The notes beneath the pieces are model-generated. The model was not told the DNA's origin, did no database searches, and saw only the letters and a list, made by a program, of their open reading frames with translations. The position numbers were made by a program, and so were the translations under genes. A stretch of DNA of 64,000 nt from contig NC_090415.1 in assembly GCF_036365525.1 (NCBI RefSeq), forward strand, positions 13,144,001-13,208,000. Reading direction: 5' to 3'. This DNA is from Heterodontus francisci. Taxonomy: Eukaryota. Each line of letters opens with the position of its first letter. Within the stretch, counting starts at the first letter, position 1. Positions 61,270 through 64,000 of this stretch are shown in pieces.

Positions 61270-63380
61270 GATGAGTGAGGTACCAACAGCAGCAGAATTG
61301 TACTCAACCCCAATCTTTAAGCTCATTGCCCGTCATATCCCTCACTCTAAAATTAACATCAAACCAGGAGACCAAACGTGATTCAATGAAGAGTGCAGCA
61401 GGGCATGCCAGAAGCAGCACCAGGCATACCTCAAAATGAGGTCTCAACCTGGTGAAGCTACAACACAGGATTACTTGCATGTCAAACTGCGTATGCAGCA
61501 TCCGATAGACAGAGCCAAGCAATTTCATAACCAATGGATCAGATCTAAGTGCTGCAGTCCTGTCACATCCAGCCGTGAATGGTGGTAGACAACTAAACAA
61601 CTAACTGGAGGAGGTGGCTCCACAAATATCCCCATCTTCAATGATGAGGGAGCCCAGCACATCAGTGCAAAAGATAACGTTGAAAGTTTTACAAAAATCT
61701 TTGCTAGAAGTGCCGAGCTAATGATTCATCTCAGACTATTCCTGAAGGCCCCAGCATCACAGATGGCAGACTTCAGCCAATTCGAATCACTCCGTGTGAC
61801 ATCAAGTAATGACTAAAGGTGCTGGATACTGCCAAGGCTCTGGGTTCTGACAATGTTCTCCAATAGGACTGAAGACCTGTGCTCCAGAACTTGCTGCGCC
61901 CAAGGCCAATCTGTTCCAGTACAGCTACAACACTGACATGTACCTAGAAATGTGGAATATTCCCCAGGTATGTCTTGGACACCAAAAGCAGGACAAGTCC
62001 AAGCTGGCTAATTAGACCCCATCAGTCTACTCTCAATCATCAATAAAGTGATGGAACGTGTCATCAACAGTGCCATCAAACAGTAGTTGCTCAGTAATAA
62101 CCTGGTCAGTGACGCTCAGTTTGTGTTCCGCCAGTGCCACTCAGCTCCTGACCACATTACAGCCTTGGTTCAAACATGGACAAAAGAGCTGAACTCAAGA
62201 GTGAGAAGAAAGTGACTGCCCTTGACATCAAGGCAGCATTTGACCAAGTATGGCATCAAGGAACCCGAGCAAAACTGAGGTCAATGGGAATCCGTGGGAA
62301 AACTCTCTGCTGGTTGGAGTCATACCTAGTGCAAAGGAAGATGGTTGTGGTTGTTCGAAGTCAATCATCTGAACTCCAGGACATCACTGCAGGAGTTTGT
62401 CAGTGTAGTGTCCGAGGCCTAATCATCTTCAGCTGCTTCATCAATGACTTTCCTTCAATCATAAGGTCAGAAGTGGGATGTTCACTGATGATTGCACAAG
62501 GTTCAGCATGACTCGTGACTCCTCAGCTACTGACGCAGTCTGTGTAGAAATGTAGCAAGACTTGGACAATATCCAGGCTTGTGCTGATAAGGGGCAAGTA
62601 ACATTCATGCCACACAAGTGCCAGGCAACTACCATCTCCAGCAAGAGGGAATCTAACCATCTCCCCTTAACATTCAATGGCAATTAGCATTGCTGAATCC
62701 CCGCTATCAATATCCTAGGGTCTACCATTGACCAGAAACTGAACTGGAGTAGCCATATAAATACCGTGGCTACAAGAGCAGATCAGAGGATAGGAATCCT
62801 GCGACGAGCAAATAACCTGCTGACTCCCCAAAGCTTGTCCACCATTTACAAGGTGGGAGTCAGGAGTGTGATGGAATACTCTCCACTTGCCTGGATGCGT
62901 TCAGATCCAACAACACTCAAGAAGCTCGACACCATCCTGGACAAAGCAGCCCACTTGATTGCCACCCCATGTACAAACATTCACTCCCTCCACCACCGAC
63001 ACACAGTAGCAGCAATGCGTACCATCCACATGATGCACTGCAGCAACACACCAAGGCTTTTTAGACAGCACCTTGCAAACCTGCGAACACTACCAACTAG
63101 AAGCACAAGGGTAGTAGATGCATGGGACCACCATCACCTGCCAGTTCCCCTCCAAATCACACATCATCCTGACTTCGAACTATATTGCCATTCCTTCACT
63201 GTCACTATGTCAAAATTCTGGAACTCCCTTCCTAACAACACTATGATTGTTCCTACCTCACATGGAGTGTAGTGGTTCAAGAAGCCATCTCACTACAACC
63301 TCCTCACGGGCAGTTATGGATGGGCAATAAATGCTGGCCAAGCCAGCAACACCCACATCATATGAATGAATAAATCAAAC
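61270..63380 (+). mobile_element. L2-group LINE, duplicate of 23810-25892
   Basis: ALDIKAAFDQVWH, VRSVMEYSPLAW, ATGAATGAATAAA tail. Confidence 0.8.
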
Positions 63381-63884
63381 AGGGTGGTGGTGGTCTGGAA
63401 CTCACTGCCTGAAAGGGTAGTTGAAATATAAACCTTCAAATCATTCAAAAGAAGTCTGGATATGCATCTCAAGTGCCGTAATCTGCCGGGTTACGGACCA
63501 AATGCTGGCAGGTGGGATTAGAATAGGTGGAAATTTTTTCGGCTGGCACAGATACGATGGGTCAAGTGGTTCCTTTCTGTGCCATAAACGTTCAATGTTT
63601 CTATGATTCTGAGTGAATGTATATCTCTCCTTCTCACCATCACCCAAGCCTCTCGCCCACTCCAGATCTTTCTCTCTCTCTCTGCCTTTTTTTCGCTATT
63701 GATGCTGTCTCTCTCCCTCTGCCTTTGGTGCTGTATCTATGTTGGCGATACAGTTACTGAGTGTTATGTGTATGCATTCTATTGTAGTACTGATAGTCTC
63801 TCTCTCTCTCTCTCTCTCTCTGATGATACAGGTGAAGGTGAAATACTGTTGTTCAGTGTGATATGGAAACACAGTTGGAAATTA

Positions 63885-64000
63885 TAATAATAAAAGCAAA
63901 ATACTGCGGATGCTGGAAATCTGAAATAAAAACAAGAAATGCTGAAAATACTCAGCTTGTCTGGTAGCATCTGTGGAGAGAGAAGCAGAGTTAACGTTTC
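63885..64000 (-). mobile_element. Penelope terminus, cut by the window edge
   Basis: reverse complement GAAACGTTAACTCTGCTTCTCTCTCCACAGATGCT...; absent at the equivalent site ~26383. Confidence 0.8.

Larger units (their letters stand above)
45402..63884. repeat. segmental duplication, copy 2 (partner 6748-26383)
   Basis: same order of old CR1, young CR1, tandem repeat, exon-like blocks, SINE, promoter, CR1, L2. Confidence 0.93.

Noticed and set aside
63799-63821. (CT)n microsatellite, longer than its paralog at ~26308
   Set aside because: Ordinary slippage, no further signal
45402-63884. Duplication as a pure assembly artefact (uncollapsed haplotypes)
   Set aside because: Copies differ by several independent insertions and deletions and by about 10% in part; not fully excluded for the most similar segment

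Overview
Eukaryotic DNA, very probably from a cartilaginous fish (shark-type HE1/V-SINEs, CR1, L2-group, RTE and Penelope-like retroelements, shark-type H2B and H1 N-termini). The window holds a replication-dependent histone locus. One complete quintet lies at 27.6-32.7 kb in the order H1(+) H4(+) H3.2(+) H2A(-) H2B(-), and each gene has a 3' stem-loop and downstream element. A broken cluster lies at 0.75-3.25 kb: H2A and H2B are intact, but only the 3' flank of H3 survives, fused to an inverted H2B relic. The clusters are separated by long spacers that were copied along with them (about 3.3-26.4 kb versus 32.8-63.9 kb). These spacers consist of nested retroelements, a cryptic ~40-41 bp T/G-rich degenerate tandem repeat, and fragments of an unidentified spliced gene with an NRF1/Sp1 promoter. 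Best leads: hammerhead-ribozyme motifs in Penelope termini, including a head-to-head palindromic pair; the captured promoter/exon module riding in the histone repeat unit; an in-frame CR1-in-CR1 chimeric ORF whose two copies have different single lesions; non-canonical histone residues (H4 S1T, H2B G75R and K34R, 9 differences between the H2As); and an H1 TG-box exactly 354 nt from the AC-box. Repeat boundaries and identities were judged by eye; no searches were run.
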